DNA of 64,000 bases, taken from NCBI GenBank assembly GCA_023144875.1, contig JAGLEW010000050.1, positions 1,537 to 65,536 of the forward strand, given 5' to 3'. The position numbers and the translations under genes were made by a program. Position 1 is the first letter of the stretch. Each line of letters starts with the position of its first letter. Under the pieces are notes generated by a model. The model made no database searches and had not been told where the DNA came from. It was given only the letters and a program-made list of their open reading frames with translations. Origin of the DNA: Methylococcales bacterium. GTDB taxonomy: Bacteria; Pseudomonadota; Gammaproteobacteria; Methylococcales; Methylomonadaceae. Positions 12,001-20,706 of this stretch are shown one piece after another.

Positions 12001-12804
12001 AACTTAGGGCGATTAAATATTAGCAGTCAGCGTGAAGGTCATGATGTGTATTTTGATACTATTAGTTTGTCGGGTAATGACTATACCTTATTTGCTGCAG
12101 GTCATTGGCGTAACACTCTATTAGGTTCACAAACACAATTAGAAGGGCGTTTTAGCGCACAAACTTTTGGAAAATTATTAAATAAATTGCAGGTAACCAA
12201 GGATTTAAAAGAAACTAAGGCACTTATTAACTTAGATTTAAACTGGCAAAAACCACCGTATGACTTTTCTTTTAGCGAACTTAATGGCAAAGTGGAGGTT
12301 TTATTGGAACAAGGACGTATTTCCAGTATTGAACCAGGGGTTGGGCGAATGCTGGGTGTATTGGCGATGGAACAATGGATTAAACGTTTACAACTGGATT
12401 TTAGAGATATTTATGAGAAAGGTTTACGCTTTAATCACATAAAAGGTGATTATTATTTACAGGCAGGGCTTGCCCATACGGACGGGTTAATCATTGATGC
12501 CATTCCTGCTAAAATAATTCTTAAAGGCGATATTAATCTTGGAAAACAATGGCTTGATAAAAGTATTTCAATCATCCCTAAAAGTTCTGAGGCATTGCCA
12601 ATTGCAGGAAAAATTATGGGCGTAATTGCGACGACCATTGCCCAAACGGTTACGGGCGAATATGAAGAAGGCTTTTATCTTAGAACAAAATACCAAGTAC
12701 AAGGCTCGTGGACGGATTTAAAAATGACATCATTACGACATCAAGATGGTTTTTTACATCAAGTATGGCGTGGGTTGACCGATTTTTCATGGGTCGTAAA
12801 TTAA
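9001..12804 (+). CDS. yhdP: YhdP-like AsmA-family envelope protein (DUF3971/AsmA2 type)
   Basis: 1267 aa (E. coli YhdP is 1266). Single N-terminal TM helix, long beta-rich body, and the conserved position directly after rng. GTG start. Confidence 0.8.
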   Translation: MIARFIRYFFFIGLIIIAVIVTALRIFILTIDLHKNSLERVLSGFIDTTVTIKTVSAKMYRFSPEIILQNITLFNSTNPKENITLKELRIRINLFEVLLHDQMMQSLRISLVGAKLSVIRQTDGRFSLVGLKAGGGEGQPLWLLQGQNYQLIDSEISWLNKKRHGKTLTFKNVNVVIKNDQRHNRHQAFFLSHLPSEYGKKLRIAIDIKGDVFQPNSIHGQVFVEGEDIQFAKLLTGQLPFELKLSQGSGTFKAWGQIKNSELKGLSGHIHAKDLSLRRQNNKKLHFKSLKGRFNWATNDQNWALKVADLYTQVAQKKLKRSDFFLHYQQNKRSKKQISAEIKQVDLQLFSQFYQFFKPLAADSGHNDKAVSVTGLLTNGRIFADLTQQQYALKADFKYLGIKGLEQIPQLSNLSGSIQGTEAHGYLTINSQNIAFKTQSFFRAPLEISQLKGRFQWRQSAHQWFLTTEKLRLKTPYFTSTHTMRLQIFKKERPTSIDLQTHFRNIKSVQALKRYYPAGIMDKEVLTWLDNAFVTGEVTAGHLQLSGNLADFPFDKKDGVFSVNFHVKDLELAYDEFWPNFKSIQAEVAFSKDKVEIAVNHGQSGDIKVKNVQVNITSLSEAALLSLSGQVESEVMAGLKWLKSTPLSLPIDTVLTQLTVNGRTEVDLNLTIPLSNEGHETVKGKVKLDQASLYIKPLDLSVSEIKGQVFFDEKGFHGHKLQAKAFDSPITAQLKKNSAVFKVGVNGKMAVQQLRTLVDSAWLDLAYGQTTYQLNLQIPVDEQKETQVEIQSNLQGITLKLPIGLQKKIGEKKPLTIAFPINDQPLLPIRLSYNKTLKARVKFDKQQQKLHSAAISWGTGAVNFLTKPEIYVQINQPRLSPLAWMGLMDHQKPDIKDQITSSLPLRIDIETPQLCIKDKNLGAVSLQINQRNNNLKGSLKSTILSGKFEGNKDEYNLNLEFMDVSKLTELTFPVIKKTKASLKKLPLIQVYSKKLIWREVNLGRLNISSQREGHDVYFDTISLSGNDYTLFAAGHWRNTLLGSQTQLEGRFSAQTFGKLLNKLQVTKDLKETKALINLDLNWQKPPYDFSFSELNGKVEVLLEQGRISSIEPGVGRMLGVLAMEQWIKRLQLDFRDIYEKGLRFNHIKGDYYLQAGLAHTDGLIIDAIPAKIILKGDINLGKQWLDKSISIIPKSSEALPIAGKIMGVIATTIAQTVTGEYEEGFYLRTKYQVQGSWTDLKMTSLRHQDGFLHQVWRGLTDFSWVVN

Positions 12805-12811
12805 TGATTAA

Positions 12812-13657
12812 ATGGAACATAAAATGACGTTATGCGCCGCCATTCAGATGGCCTCTAGCCCTAATGTGGGTACGAATCTTTTAGACGCGGAAAAATTGAT
12901 TGCAAAAGCCTGTCAAGGTGGTGCGAAATTGGTGGCTTTACCTGAAAATTTTGCCATCATGGGAATGAATGAATTTGATAAACTTGCGCATAAAGAAACC
13001 GAGGGGTCAGGGGTTATTCAAAATTTTTTAGCCAACTGTGCAAGAAAATATAAAGTGTGGGTGATTGGCGGCACCATTCCTTTATTAGCGATGGATAAAA
13101 CTAAAATAAGAGCGGCTTGTTTGGTTTTTAATGACAACGGTGAGCAGGTCGCACGTTATGATAAAGCGCATTTATTTGATGTGTGTGTGCCTGAGACAGG
13201 GGAAAAATATTTTGAATCCAATTCGATTGAAGCAGGACATCATCCGCTGGTTATTGACAGCCCCTTTGGAAAAATAGGGCTAGGTATTTGTTATGATCTT
13301 CGGTTTCCTGAATTTTTTCGTTATTTAGTGGAACAAGGTGCCGAAATTTTTATTACCCCCGCTGCTTTTACCGCTAAAACAGGTGAGGCACACTGGAGTG
13401 TTTTATTACGCGCCCGAGCGATTGAAAACTTATGCTATGTCATTGCTCCCAATCAAGGCGGTGTTCATGCAAATGGTCGTCAAACTTATGGACACAGCAT
13501 GATAGTGGATCCTTGGGGGAAAATATTAGACTGTCATGACGTGGGTTCTGGTATGGCTTGTGCTGACATTGATTTGACACAACTTCATAAAACCCGAGCA
13601 AATTTTCCTGTTTTAAACCACAAACGATCCATTGCTAAAAAAATCACAATGTTATGA
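12812..13657 (+). CDS. Carbon-nitrogen hydrolase (nitrilase superfamily) protein
   Basis: Glu-Lys-Cys triad contexts LPENF, YDKAHLF and GLGICYDLRFPE. Position after yhdP as in pseudomonads. Confidence 0.85.
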   Translation: MEHKMTLCAAIQMASSPNVGTNLLDAEKLIAKACQGGAKLVALPENFAIMGMNEFDKLAHKETEGSGVIQNFLANCARKYKVWVIGGTIPLLAMDKTKIRAACLVFNDNGEQVARYDKAHLFDVCVPETGEKYFESNSIEAGHHPLVIDSPFGKIGLGICYDLRFPEFFRYLVEQGAEIFITPAAFTAKTGEAHWSVLLRARAIENLCYVIAPNQGGVHANGRQTYGHSMIVDPWGKILDCHDVGSGMACADIDLTQLHKTRANFPVLNHKRSIAKKITML

Positions 13658-14250
13658 AGGGGCATGGTTTTTTAGTAAAAATAATAGCAATCATAAGTTG
13701 TTTTTTATGGATAAATGGGTGTAACTCGCCGTCAAAATATCAAGATAACCATCAATTAGAACAACCACCAACCTTAGCGATTATGGAACGTGCGGGTGAA
13801 GGCCCTCCGCTGACTGAAAAAAAACCTAAAATAGGGTTAAAAAATACCGTCAATTTATTGGATGCTAATCATTTAACATTGCAACAACCGTTTGATAAAG
13901 CATGGAACACATTAGCGACCGCGTTAGCCTTAAATAAGATAAAAATTAGCGATCGTAACCGAGAAACGGGTGAATATTTTGTGGAATACGATCCTGATGA
14001 TGCTCATGATGAATCGGATAATTTTAGTTTTTTTTCATTTAAAGACGATTATGAACAAGCCATTTATAAACTGACACTCAAACAAGAATCGAACCTCATT
14101 GTGATTCGTGCTGAAAAGACCGCTCAAAAGAGCATAGATTTATTAGATGATGGGGATGATATTAGCTTTGAAGATAAAAATAAGGATGGTAAAGACAAGC
14201 TTATACGTCAACTTTATTCCACTTTAAAAAATGATTTACCGTTAGAATAA
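13654..14250 (+). CDS. Lipoprotein with a possible BamC/NlpB-like helix-grip domain
   Basis: Signal peptide with lipobox (FLWINGC). FDKAWNTLATALALNKIKISDRNRETGEYFVEY resembles the BamC domain pattern. ATGA start/stop overlap with the preceding hydrolase gene. Acidic C-terminus. Confidence 0.55.
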   Translation: MKGHGFLVKIIAIISCFLWINGCNSPSKYQDNHQLEQPPTLAIMERAGEGPPLTEKKPKIGLKNTVNLLDANHLTLQQPFDKAWNTLATALALNKIKISDRNRETGEYFVEYDPDDAHDESDNFSFFSFKDDYEQAIYKLTLKQESNLIVIRAEKTAQKSIDLLDDGDDISFEDKNKDGKDKLIRQLYSTLKNDLPLE

Positions 14251-14303
14251 ATCCTCTGCCCTTAAAGTATCACTTAGCAAATTTAAAAGAACCGAGAACA
14301 ATT

Positions 14304-14609
14304 ATGCAAACGATCCAGTTAGTGTTAAATGATTCCAAACTAGAGCAACAAATTTTATCTTTGGCCGCTAAGGAAAAGATCGGTTTAGAAGACTTCGCGC
14401 TGAAAGCTTTACAGTTTTATATTGAAGAAAATGAAAGCGCCGTTGCTATAAAAATTCCAAATCTAAATCCCTTTCAGCATTCCAGAGCGCCGACTGGAAA
14501 AATTAAAGAACCACGCCAAACCTCTCAAGGGTTAGTTTTTGATGATATTGGCAGTACGATGGATTTTGCAAAAAATTTAAGAAAAAAAGGCTGGCAACGT
14601 AATGGATAA
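14304..14609 (+). CDS. Putative antitoxin (VapB-like) of a VapBC module
   Basis: 101 aa ORF whose stop overlaps the start of the PIN-domain gene by 8 nt. The N-terminus (IQLVLNDSKLEQQILSLAAKE) is compatible with a ribbon-helix-helix fold. Assignment rests on context. Confidence 0.6.
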   Translation: MQTIQLVLNDSKLEQQILSLAAKEKIGLEDFALKALQFYIEENESAVAIKIPNLNPFQHSRAPTGKIKEPRQTSQGLVFDDIGSTMDFAKNLRKKGWQRNG

Positions 14610-14982
14610 GTTTATTTTTTGTGATACCTGTGTGTTGATTGATTTTGTGAATGGACGCAGTCATCAGATTTTAGATTTACACACTAAAAACATTCAAATC
14701 TTTATTAATCCCGTGGTAGAGTTGGAATTATTACAAGGGGCGCGTAATAAAGTAGAAATGCATCAGTTAGAAAAAGCCTTAGGAATGTTTCATTTATTAG
14801 AACTACCCGACTCGGTGCTTCAATTAGCGCGCCAATTAATCAAAGTATATGCTTTTTCACATCGTTTACGGCTTACCAATGCCCTTATTGCCGCCAGCGT
14901 ATTAGCTTATGATTTAGAACTATTTACCTATAACATCAAGGATTTTCGTTTTATTACCGAGTTAAAATTTTATGAAGCGTAA
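14602..14982 (+). CDS. vapC: PIN-domain toxin (VapC family)
   Basis: 126 aa. FCDTCVLIDF (first acidic residue), ELELLQGA (Glu), NALIAA (Asn where Asp is usual) and YNIKDF (last Asp). Confidence 0.8.
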   Translation: MDKFIFCDTCVLIDFVNGRSHQILDLHTKNIQIFINPVVELELLQGARNKVEMHQLEKALGMFHLLELPDSVLQLARQLIKVYAFSHRLRLTNALIAASVLAYDLELFTYNIKDFRFITELKFYEA

Positions 14983-15068
14983 TTATCATTCCTGAATTCA
15001 AGTAATAACGATTTACTGTTCACGAGAGTGTTATTATCTTAACTCCGATGGGTGTAGGGGAGTTTATT

Positions 15069-15479
15069 ATGAAAATAAGGCGTAAACAGATATTTTTTTT
15101 TATAAAAATATTATTGGGTTTGACAGGGTTTGTGTTTTTAAATACAGCAAATTCATTAGAATGTAATCCTGATGGCTCTCAGCAAGAGATGAATCAATGC
15201 GCATTGGATAATTTTGAACAGGCTGATTTGGAACTTAATCAGGTGTATCAACAGTTATTGGAAAATAGTAATTCGTCTTTTGTTAAAAATTTGCGCATTG
15301 CTCAACGAGCGTGGATTGTGTTTCGTAATTCTGAGTTAGAGGCAATGTTTGCTTGTAATGATGAAAATAAACGCATTTGCTGGGGAACCATGTACGGGCT
15401 TCAATATCCTGCGGCAAAAGAAGCGTTAACTCGTAATCGTATTCAACAATTACGTCAGCATTTAGACCAGATGGAATAA
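15069..15479 (+). CDS. DUF1311 / LprI-like (lysozyme inhibitor-like) secreted protein
   Basis: Signal peptide, then CNPDGSQQEMNQCALDNFEQADLELNQVYQQL...AQRAWIVFRNSE, typical of DUF1311. The ORF track starts at 15048. ATG 15069 has an AGGGGAG Shine-Dalgarno sequence 7 nt upstream. Confidence 0.7.
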   Translation: MKIRRKQIFFFIKILLGLTGFVFLNTANSLECNPDGSQQEMNQCALDNFEQADLELNQVYQQLLENSNSSFVKNLRIAQRAWIVFRNSELEAMFACNDENKRICWGTMYGLQYPAAKEALTRNRIQQLRQHLDQME

Positions 15480-15484
15480 CAAAT

Positions 15485-16672
15485 TTAACCTGGTTTAAAG
15501 TCTAATAGGCACAGGGCTTTGGCGGCATGTATGCGTCCGTTGAGTAGCATGTCGGTTAATTGTTTCATGCGTGACATGTAAAGGTCGGTATGTTCGCCAA
15601 ACGCTTGCGGTAGATATTCTTTTTCTAAGGGGGAAAGATTACCATCAAAGACGGCAGAAATGGAAAGTAGATCAAGAATAAAATAACGTTCATGTGTTTC
15701 AACTTGGTCTAAAATGGTTAAAAAATCCTCCCAATGATCGTAATTATCTTGTTTTTTTATTTTAAAAGAATCACATAATTTGACCATTAAAATTAACATG
15801 TTTGGGTGATAGTTTTGCGAAAGTACCATTGTGGTCGCAATGGCTCGAATTGAGGCTTCACGCGCTATTGGAGAAAGTTTCTCAATTAATGACGGGTCTA
15901 ATACACTGTCGGCGATATGATGAGCAAGCCGATGCCCAAATAAACGTAATCGAGCTTCTTTTGAAACTTTGTACATGACAAAAGCGTCCCATAATCCTGT
16001 AATAGGAATGGCGATCCATGAAAAACCTAAGCGACTACCGCCTTTTCCAAAAACCCGTACCAGTAAAAACTTGACCACTAACCCGCTTAAAATAACTTTA
16101 GCTTTATAAAGCAGACTAATTAGTAATAATTTGGTTTTTGGCGCATGTTTTAAGGGGTCTATGCCTAAATAATTCACCACAGGGTCAGGAATCTCTAAGG
16201 CAGCACGGGCTAAAATATTGGCAAAATTATCATTTTTTAAGAGTTTGTTGGGATCGTTTATGGTCGGCTGATGCCCTGTGAGGCAAACTAAGGCGTGTAG
16301 GGATTTGAGGCTTAACCAAAATAAGACCGACATTTCGATGATGAGCATACTCAAAACGATGAGTCCATAATAAAAATAGTACCAGCCTGTTTCAATATTT
16401 TGTGCGTATCTCCATTCAAACCAGACTGAAATAACGGTGGTTAATGCGCCTATGGCAAAAGCAATAACGGCCGCAAAATGGGTAATGTTGTTGGAAAGCG
16501 CGCATAAAATATCATCAGGCGGTAAGTCATCAATAGGAATTTCTTTTAAATGAGAAAGCTTGGTCTTTTTAGTCAGGTATTGATAATAGCGAACGCCTAA
16601 TTTTTCTAAAAAGCCGGCTTCTTGTTGACGAATAGGTTGATTTTTATTCGGAATATCGGAATTTTCTGACAT
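15485..16672 (-). CDS. Polytopic membrane protein of unknown function with a TerB-like C-terminal motif
   Basis: 395 aa with several hydrophobic helices (AAVIAFAIGALTTVISVWF, LIVLSMLIIEMSVLFWLSL, FSWIAIPITGLWDAFVMY). The C-terminal soluble part contains SAVFDGNLSPLEKEYL. No confident family assignment. Confidence 0.55.
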   Translation of the reverse strand: MSENSDIPNKNQPIRQQEAGFLEKLGVRYYQYLTKKTKLSHLKEIPIDDLPPDDILCALSNNITHFAAVIAFAIGALTTVISVWFEWRYAQNIETGWYYFYYGLIVLSMLIIEMSVLFWLSLKSLHALVCLTGHQPTINDPNKLLKNDNFANILARAALEIPDPVVNYLGIDPLKHAPKTKLLLISLLYKAKVILSGLVVKFLLVRVFGKGGSRLGFSWIAIPITGLWDAFVMYKVSKEARLRLFGHRLAHHIADSVLDPSLIEKLSPIAREASIRAIATTMVLSQNYHPNMLILMVKLCDSFKIKKQDNYDHWEDFLTILDQVETHERYFILDLLSISAVFDGNLSPLEKEYLPQAFGEHTDLYMSRMKQLTDMLLNGRIHAAKALCLLDFKPG

Positions 16673-16740
16673 AATTAAATTTTAGGAAAGGAAATGAAAA
16701 TGACTGAACAACCTCAGAAAACCGTCAAAGGTGTGCACTC

Positions 16741-17244
16741 TTGATTCGGTTTTTTTTAATTATACTGGTGATTTTAATTTCATGGTTTTTATTGAAGCGA
16801 TTTTTAATGCTTTCCCCCACAGTGATGGCGAAATATACCCATAAAATAACACTATGGGGGCTTTTAGGCTTTTTATTATTATTGTTAGTGACAGGAAAGT
16901 TAAATGGTCTTTTTGCGTTATTGGGTTTATTAATCGCGGCAATGGTAAAATTATTACCAACGTTCATGCGTCTGTTACCTTATTTTTTTGGGGCGCGGTC
17001 TTTTTTTAACTTTAAATCGTCGGCTGATAAACATTCACCACATCAACAAGATAGCGCTTCTTCAACCCATAAAATGACACCTAAAGACGCTTATGAAGTC
17101 TTGGGCTTAAAAGAGAATGCGAGTGAAAAAGAAATTATTTTAGCGCATCGAAAATTAATGCAAAAAGTACATCCTGATCGCGGTGGGTCTACCTATCTTG
17201 CCACTGAAATTAATTGTGCTAAAGACACACTTTTAAAAAAATAA
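16741..17244 (+). CDS. Membrane-anchored J-domain (DnaJ-like) co-chaperone
   Basis: Two to three N-terminal TM helices. C-terminal J domain [34 protein letters not shown] carries the HPD motif. TTG start in the ORF track. Confidence 0.8.
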   Translation: MIRFFLIILVILISWFLLKRFLMLSPTVMAKYTHKITLWGLLGFLLLLLVTGKLNGLFALLGLLIAAMVKLLPTFMRLLPYFFGARSFFNFKSSADKHSPHQQDSASSTHKMTPKDAYEVLGLKENASEKEIILAHRKLMQKVHPDRGGSTYLATEINCAKDTLLKK

Positions 17245-17292
17245 CTAAACTTTTTCTATTGTCTCGCTTATCTTTATTCCTCTAAAAACATC

Positions 17293-18279
17293 ATGACTAT
17301 TGTTCAAAAATTACCGCTTTTATTATTTGTGTTGCCGCTTTCGTTGCAAGCATGTGATTCCGATCAAGACTGTACGCTGGAAAAAGCACAGAAAATTCAT
17401 CTTGAAGTAAATTACCATCTTGTTAAAAAAGATGAGACATTAAGTAAAATAAGCGCAAAATATAAATGCTCTTATCTTGATATTGCTCGTTGGAATAATA
17501 TCAAGCCCCCCTATAAAATTGTACATGGGCAAAAATTAAGAGTTTCAAAAAACTCTCCCGCCGCCCGAAAAAGAACCGCCTCTCAAAAGGCCGCAATGAA
17601 GAGACCTAAAAAAGCTGCTAAAAATAAAAAAGTAGTAAAGGTAACAACAGGTTCTACCCTTTATTTAGTCAAAAAAGGTGATACATTATATTCAATTGGT
17701 CGGCATTTTAAGATAAATCATAAGCGAATTATGACGGTGAATCACTTGACGCTTAAAAATAAATTAAAAGCAGGTCAAAAATTAAAAATTCCTAATAATA
17801 AACAAAAAGATAGCAAAAAAAAAATAGCAAAAATCTCAGTTGATAAAACTAGAAATATGCGATTCAGGACACAGAAAACTTCAATAATTTCAAATGATAA
17901 TGAAAACATGTTAAAGTTTTACTGCCAATGGCCGATAGCTGGAAAAATAGAGAAAAGTTTCTCTAGGACAGGAAGAAAAGGAATTGAAATTCGAGGTTAT
18001 ATTGGGCAGAAAGTCAAAGCAGTCGCTAATGGAACAGTCGTTGCTGTGAACTCAAGTATTTACGGACATGGTAAATACGTTGTGATTAAGCATAATAATC
18101 AATATATGAGTTCTTATGCGAACAATCAACGCACTCTAGTGAGGCGTGGACAAAAAATAAAAAAAGGTCAGCTGCTTGCTGAGCTTGGGAAAATTGGCTA
18201 CAAGCCACCGCTGTTAAAATTTGAAATTATAAGCGCTGGCCGATCAGTTAACCCGCTGTATTTTTTACCAAAACGATAA
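17293..18279 (+). CDS. nlpD: NlpD-like lipoprotein (two LysM domains plus a degenerate LytM/M23 domain)
   Basis: Lipobox LSLQAC. Two LysM repeats (YHLVKKDETLSKISAKY..., YLVKKGDTLYSIGRHF...). The M23 domain has degenerate metal ligands (KGIEIRG, LKFEII), as in E. coli NlpD. Lies directly upstream of rpoS. Confidence 0.85.
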   Translation: MTIVQKLPLLLFVLPLSLQACDSDQDCTLEKAQKIHLEVNYHLVKKDETLSKISAKYKCSYLDIARWNNIKPPYKIVHGQKLRVSKNSPAARKRTASQKAAMKRPKKAAKNKKVVKVTTGSTLYLVKKGDTLYSIGRHFKINHKRIMTVNHLTLKNKLKAGQKLKIPNNKQKDSKKKIAKISVDKTRNMRFRTQKTSIISNDNENMLKFYCQWPIAGKIEKSFSRTGRKGIEIRGYIGQKVKAVANGTVVAVNSSIYGHGKYVVIKHNNQYMSSYANNQRTLVRRGQKIKKGQLLAELGKIGYKPPLLKFEIISAGRSVNPLYFLPKR

Positions 18280-18300
18280 GAATGCTTAATCGAGGTTATT

Positions 18301-19284
18301 ATGAAAACAGAATTAGTGGATGCAATGGCGGATACTGCTGGCGTTAATTTTTCAGAAAATATGAGTTTTAATATTTCTGGTAATGTGGAAGAAACGGTAG
18401 CAGAAGCTCCCAAGGCGGTAGTGCCTGAAACGGTTGAGGTGCCACAGGATAATAATTTTGATGCCACGCGAATTTATTTAAACGAGCTTGGAAAATCAAA
18501 ACTATTAACCGCTGATCAAGAAAAAGTTTACGGAAAGTTAGCGTTGCAAGGCGATGAACCTGCCCGTCAAATTATGATTGAAAGTAATTTGCGGCTAGTG
18601 GTTAAAATATCAAGACGTTATCTTAATCGAGGCTTGCCTTTGTTAGATTTAATTGAAGAGGGTAATTTAGGCCTGATTCGTGCGGTTGAAAAATTTGACC
18701 CAGATCGCGGTTTTCGTTTTTCAACTTATGCAACGTGGTGGATTCGACAAACCATTGAACGCGCGATTATGAATCAAACCCGTACGATTCGCCTGCCTAT
18801 TCATATCGTTAAAGAAATGAATGTCTATTTAAAAGCACAACGGTTTTTAACGCAAAAATTTAATTGCGATCCAACGATGGATGAAATTGCCGAGTATGTG
18901 GATAAGCCTGTGGAAACGGTTGCCAAAATTTTGAAACTTAATGAACGTGTTACCTCTGTTGATGTGTCTTATAATCAAGATTTTGAACGTTCAATGATTG
19001 ACTCTATTGCCGATGATGAAGATAAAACCGCCCCTGAAACCTTACAGCAAGAAGGTATAAAGACAAATATTGCGAACTGGGTGTTTCAGTTATCTGAAAA
19101 ACAACGTGAGGTTATTTGTCGCCGTTATGGTTTGTGTGGCTATGAAAATGCGACGTTAGAACAAGTTGCAAGAGAGTTAGATGTGACCAGAGAACGTGTT
19201 AGACAAATTCAGATGGATGCGTTAAAACGCCTACGAGAAATTTTAGAATTAGGCGGTTATTCTTTTGAGGCTATTTTTCATTAA
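18301..19284 (+). CDS. rpoS: RNA polymerase sigma factor RpoS
   Basis: Near-identity with E. coli RpoS across regions 2-3 ([75 protein letters not shown]). nlpD-rpoS synteny. Confidence 0.93.
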   Translation: MKTELVDAMADTAGVNFSENMSFNISGNVEETVAEAPKAVVPETVEVPQDNNFDATRIYLNELGKSKLLTADQEKVYGKLALQGDEPARQIMIESNLRLVVKISRRYLNRGLPLLDLIEEGNLGLIRAVEKFDPDRGFRFSTYATWWIRQTIERAIMNQTRTIRLPIHIVKEMNVYLKAQRFLTQKFNCDPTMDEIAEYVDKPVETVAKILKLNERVTSVDVSYNQDFERSMIDSIADDEDKTAPETLQQEGIKTNIANWVFQLSEKQREVICRRYGLCGYENATLEQVARELDVTRERVRQIQMDALKRLREILELGGYSFEAIFH

Positions 19285-19339
19285 AACTGATCGGTTACAC
19301 CCTTAATATTGCCGCGTACTGTGATTTTTGGTTATTATT

Positions 19340-20698
19340 TTATGGGTTAATTCCTGTGAAATTACCCGATAAAGCACGGTATAAGGCAATATGATATTCA
19401 ATGAGTTGTCTTTGCGCTTGCAGTTTTGAGCGCGCTAAATTTTGTTGACTAAGGCTACTTGATAAAATTCGTAAAAAACTTTCCGCGCCGTTAATGTAGC
19501 GGCGTTTAATTTGCTCATTGGCTTGCTGAGAAAGTAAGCGTTGTCGTTCTAAACTCTTCACTAATTTTTGCTGCTGTTGCTGTTGAATCAGCGCACTTTC
19601 AATTTCTTCTACCGCATTTAACAACTGATGCGCGTATTCATTTAATGCCGCTTTTGCGATTGCTTGTGTGCGTTCTACTTCAGCGAGTCGTCGATGCCCA
19701 TCAATAATGGGTAAAATTAAATTACCTGCCAATGTTGCTAACCAATTATTAAATAAAGACTGTAAGTTTGGCGCAGAGGTATCAATCCCCGCAGACAGAC
19801 TTATTTTTGGAAAACGGTCGGCAATGGCGGCGGCAATGCGTTGATCGGCAGCTTGTACTTTAAAATAGGCTTTGCGAACATCGGGACGGCGTTGAGCTAA
19901 CGTTAAAGGCAGTCCTGTTTTTGGAAGCTCTGGAAGGGTGGGGAATTGGGCGGCAATGGGCAACTTAAATGTGGTTGGCATTTTACCTAATAACACAGAT
20001 AGTTGATATTCTAAGACACGAACCGAGGCAAGTATGCTGGCTTTAGAACCTTTAACACTTTCAAGTAATTGTTGTTGCTGTAAAACATCGGGTGCGGTCG
20101 CTTGTGAGGCTTTAAATCGAATGATTAATAATTGATATTGTTCGGTATTGGTTTGAATTTGTTGCTTCAATAATTTCAGTTGCTGGCGTTGTTCAATGAG
20201 GTGATACCAACGGGTAGCAATTTCAGCGCTCAATGTTAAGGTTGCCGTGTGTAAGTCTTCTTCGACGGTACGAAAATCCAACTCACTTGCGTGTAAATTA
20301 GCTCGAATTCTTCCCCACAAATCCACTTCATAGCTGGCAACGAGTCCTAAACTAAAATTTTGAGTGCTAAGTTTGTCGGTGATTTTCCCTGAGGGCTTAA
20401 ATTGTGCATTGAGGGTGGGTGTTAAGGAGGCGCCACTTTTTTTTGCAAGAGCGCGTGCTTGTTCAACGCGATTAAAGGCTGATTTTAAGGAAAAATTATC
20501 GGAGAGCGCTTGTTCAATTAAAAAATTGAGTTGAGAATCATTAAAAACTTCCCACCATTTTTGTGGCAGTGGTTTATGCCCTGAGCGTGAGAATTTTTGT
20601 GGGAGTTCAATAGGGAGAGGAACTTTTTTAACCTCTACTGTACAAGCGTTATTAAAAAAAATAAAAACAAATATTAGTAAAAAAGTAAACAAGCGCAT
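19340..20698 (-). CDS. Outer-membrane efflux channel lipoprotein (NodT/OprM family)
   Basis: Lipobox FFNNAC. 452 aa with two repeated coiled-coil/beta segments typical of outer-membrane factor proteins (FNDSQLNFLIEQALSDNFSLK..., RRPDVRKAYFKVQAADQRIAAA). Starts 8 nt after rseB. Confidence 0.8.
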   Translation of the reverse strand: MRLFTFLLIFVFIFFNNACTVEVKKVPLPIELPQKFSRSGHKPLPQKWWEVFNDSQLNFLIEQALSDNFSLKSAFNRVEQARALAKKSGASLTPTLNAQFKPSGKITDKLSTQNFSLGLVASYEVDLWGRIRANLHASELDFRTVEEDLHTATLTLSAEIATRWYHLIEQRQQLKLLKQQIQTNTEQYQLLIIRFKASQATAPDVLQQQQLLESVKGSKASILASVRVLEYQLSVLLGKMPTTFKLPIAAQFPTLPELPKTGLPLTLAQRRPDVRKAYFKVQAADQRIAAAIADRFPKISLSAGIDTSAPNLQSLFNNWLATLAGNLILPIIDGHRRLAEVERTQAIAKAALNEYAHQLLNAVEEIESALIQQQQQQKLVKSLERQRLLSQQANEQIKRRYINGAESFLRILSSSLSQQNLARSKLQAQRQLIEYHIALYRALSGNFTGINP

Positions 20699-20706
20699 GA
20701 TGATCG

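Noticed and set aside
16725-16967. 80-aa and 66-aa minus-strand ORFs overlapping the J-domain protein gene
   Set aside because: They lie antisense to a gene with a clear J domain and TM helices, are Asn/Lys/Ile-rich as expected for AT-rich antisense frames, and carry no motifs.
18198-18467. 89-aa minus-strand ORF spanning the nlpD-rpoS junction
   Set aside because: It lies opposite two strongly supported genes and their 21-bp spacer, and has no independent support.
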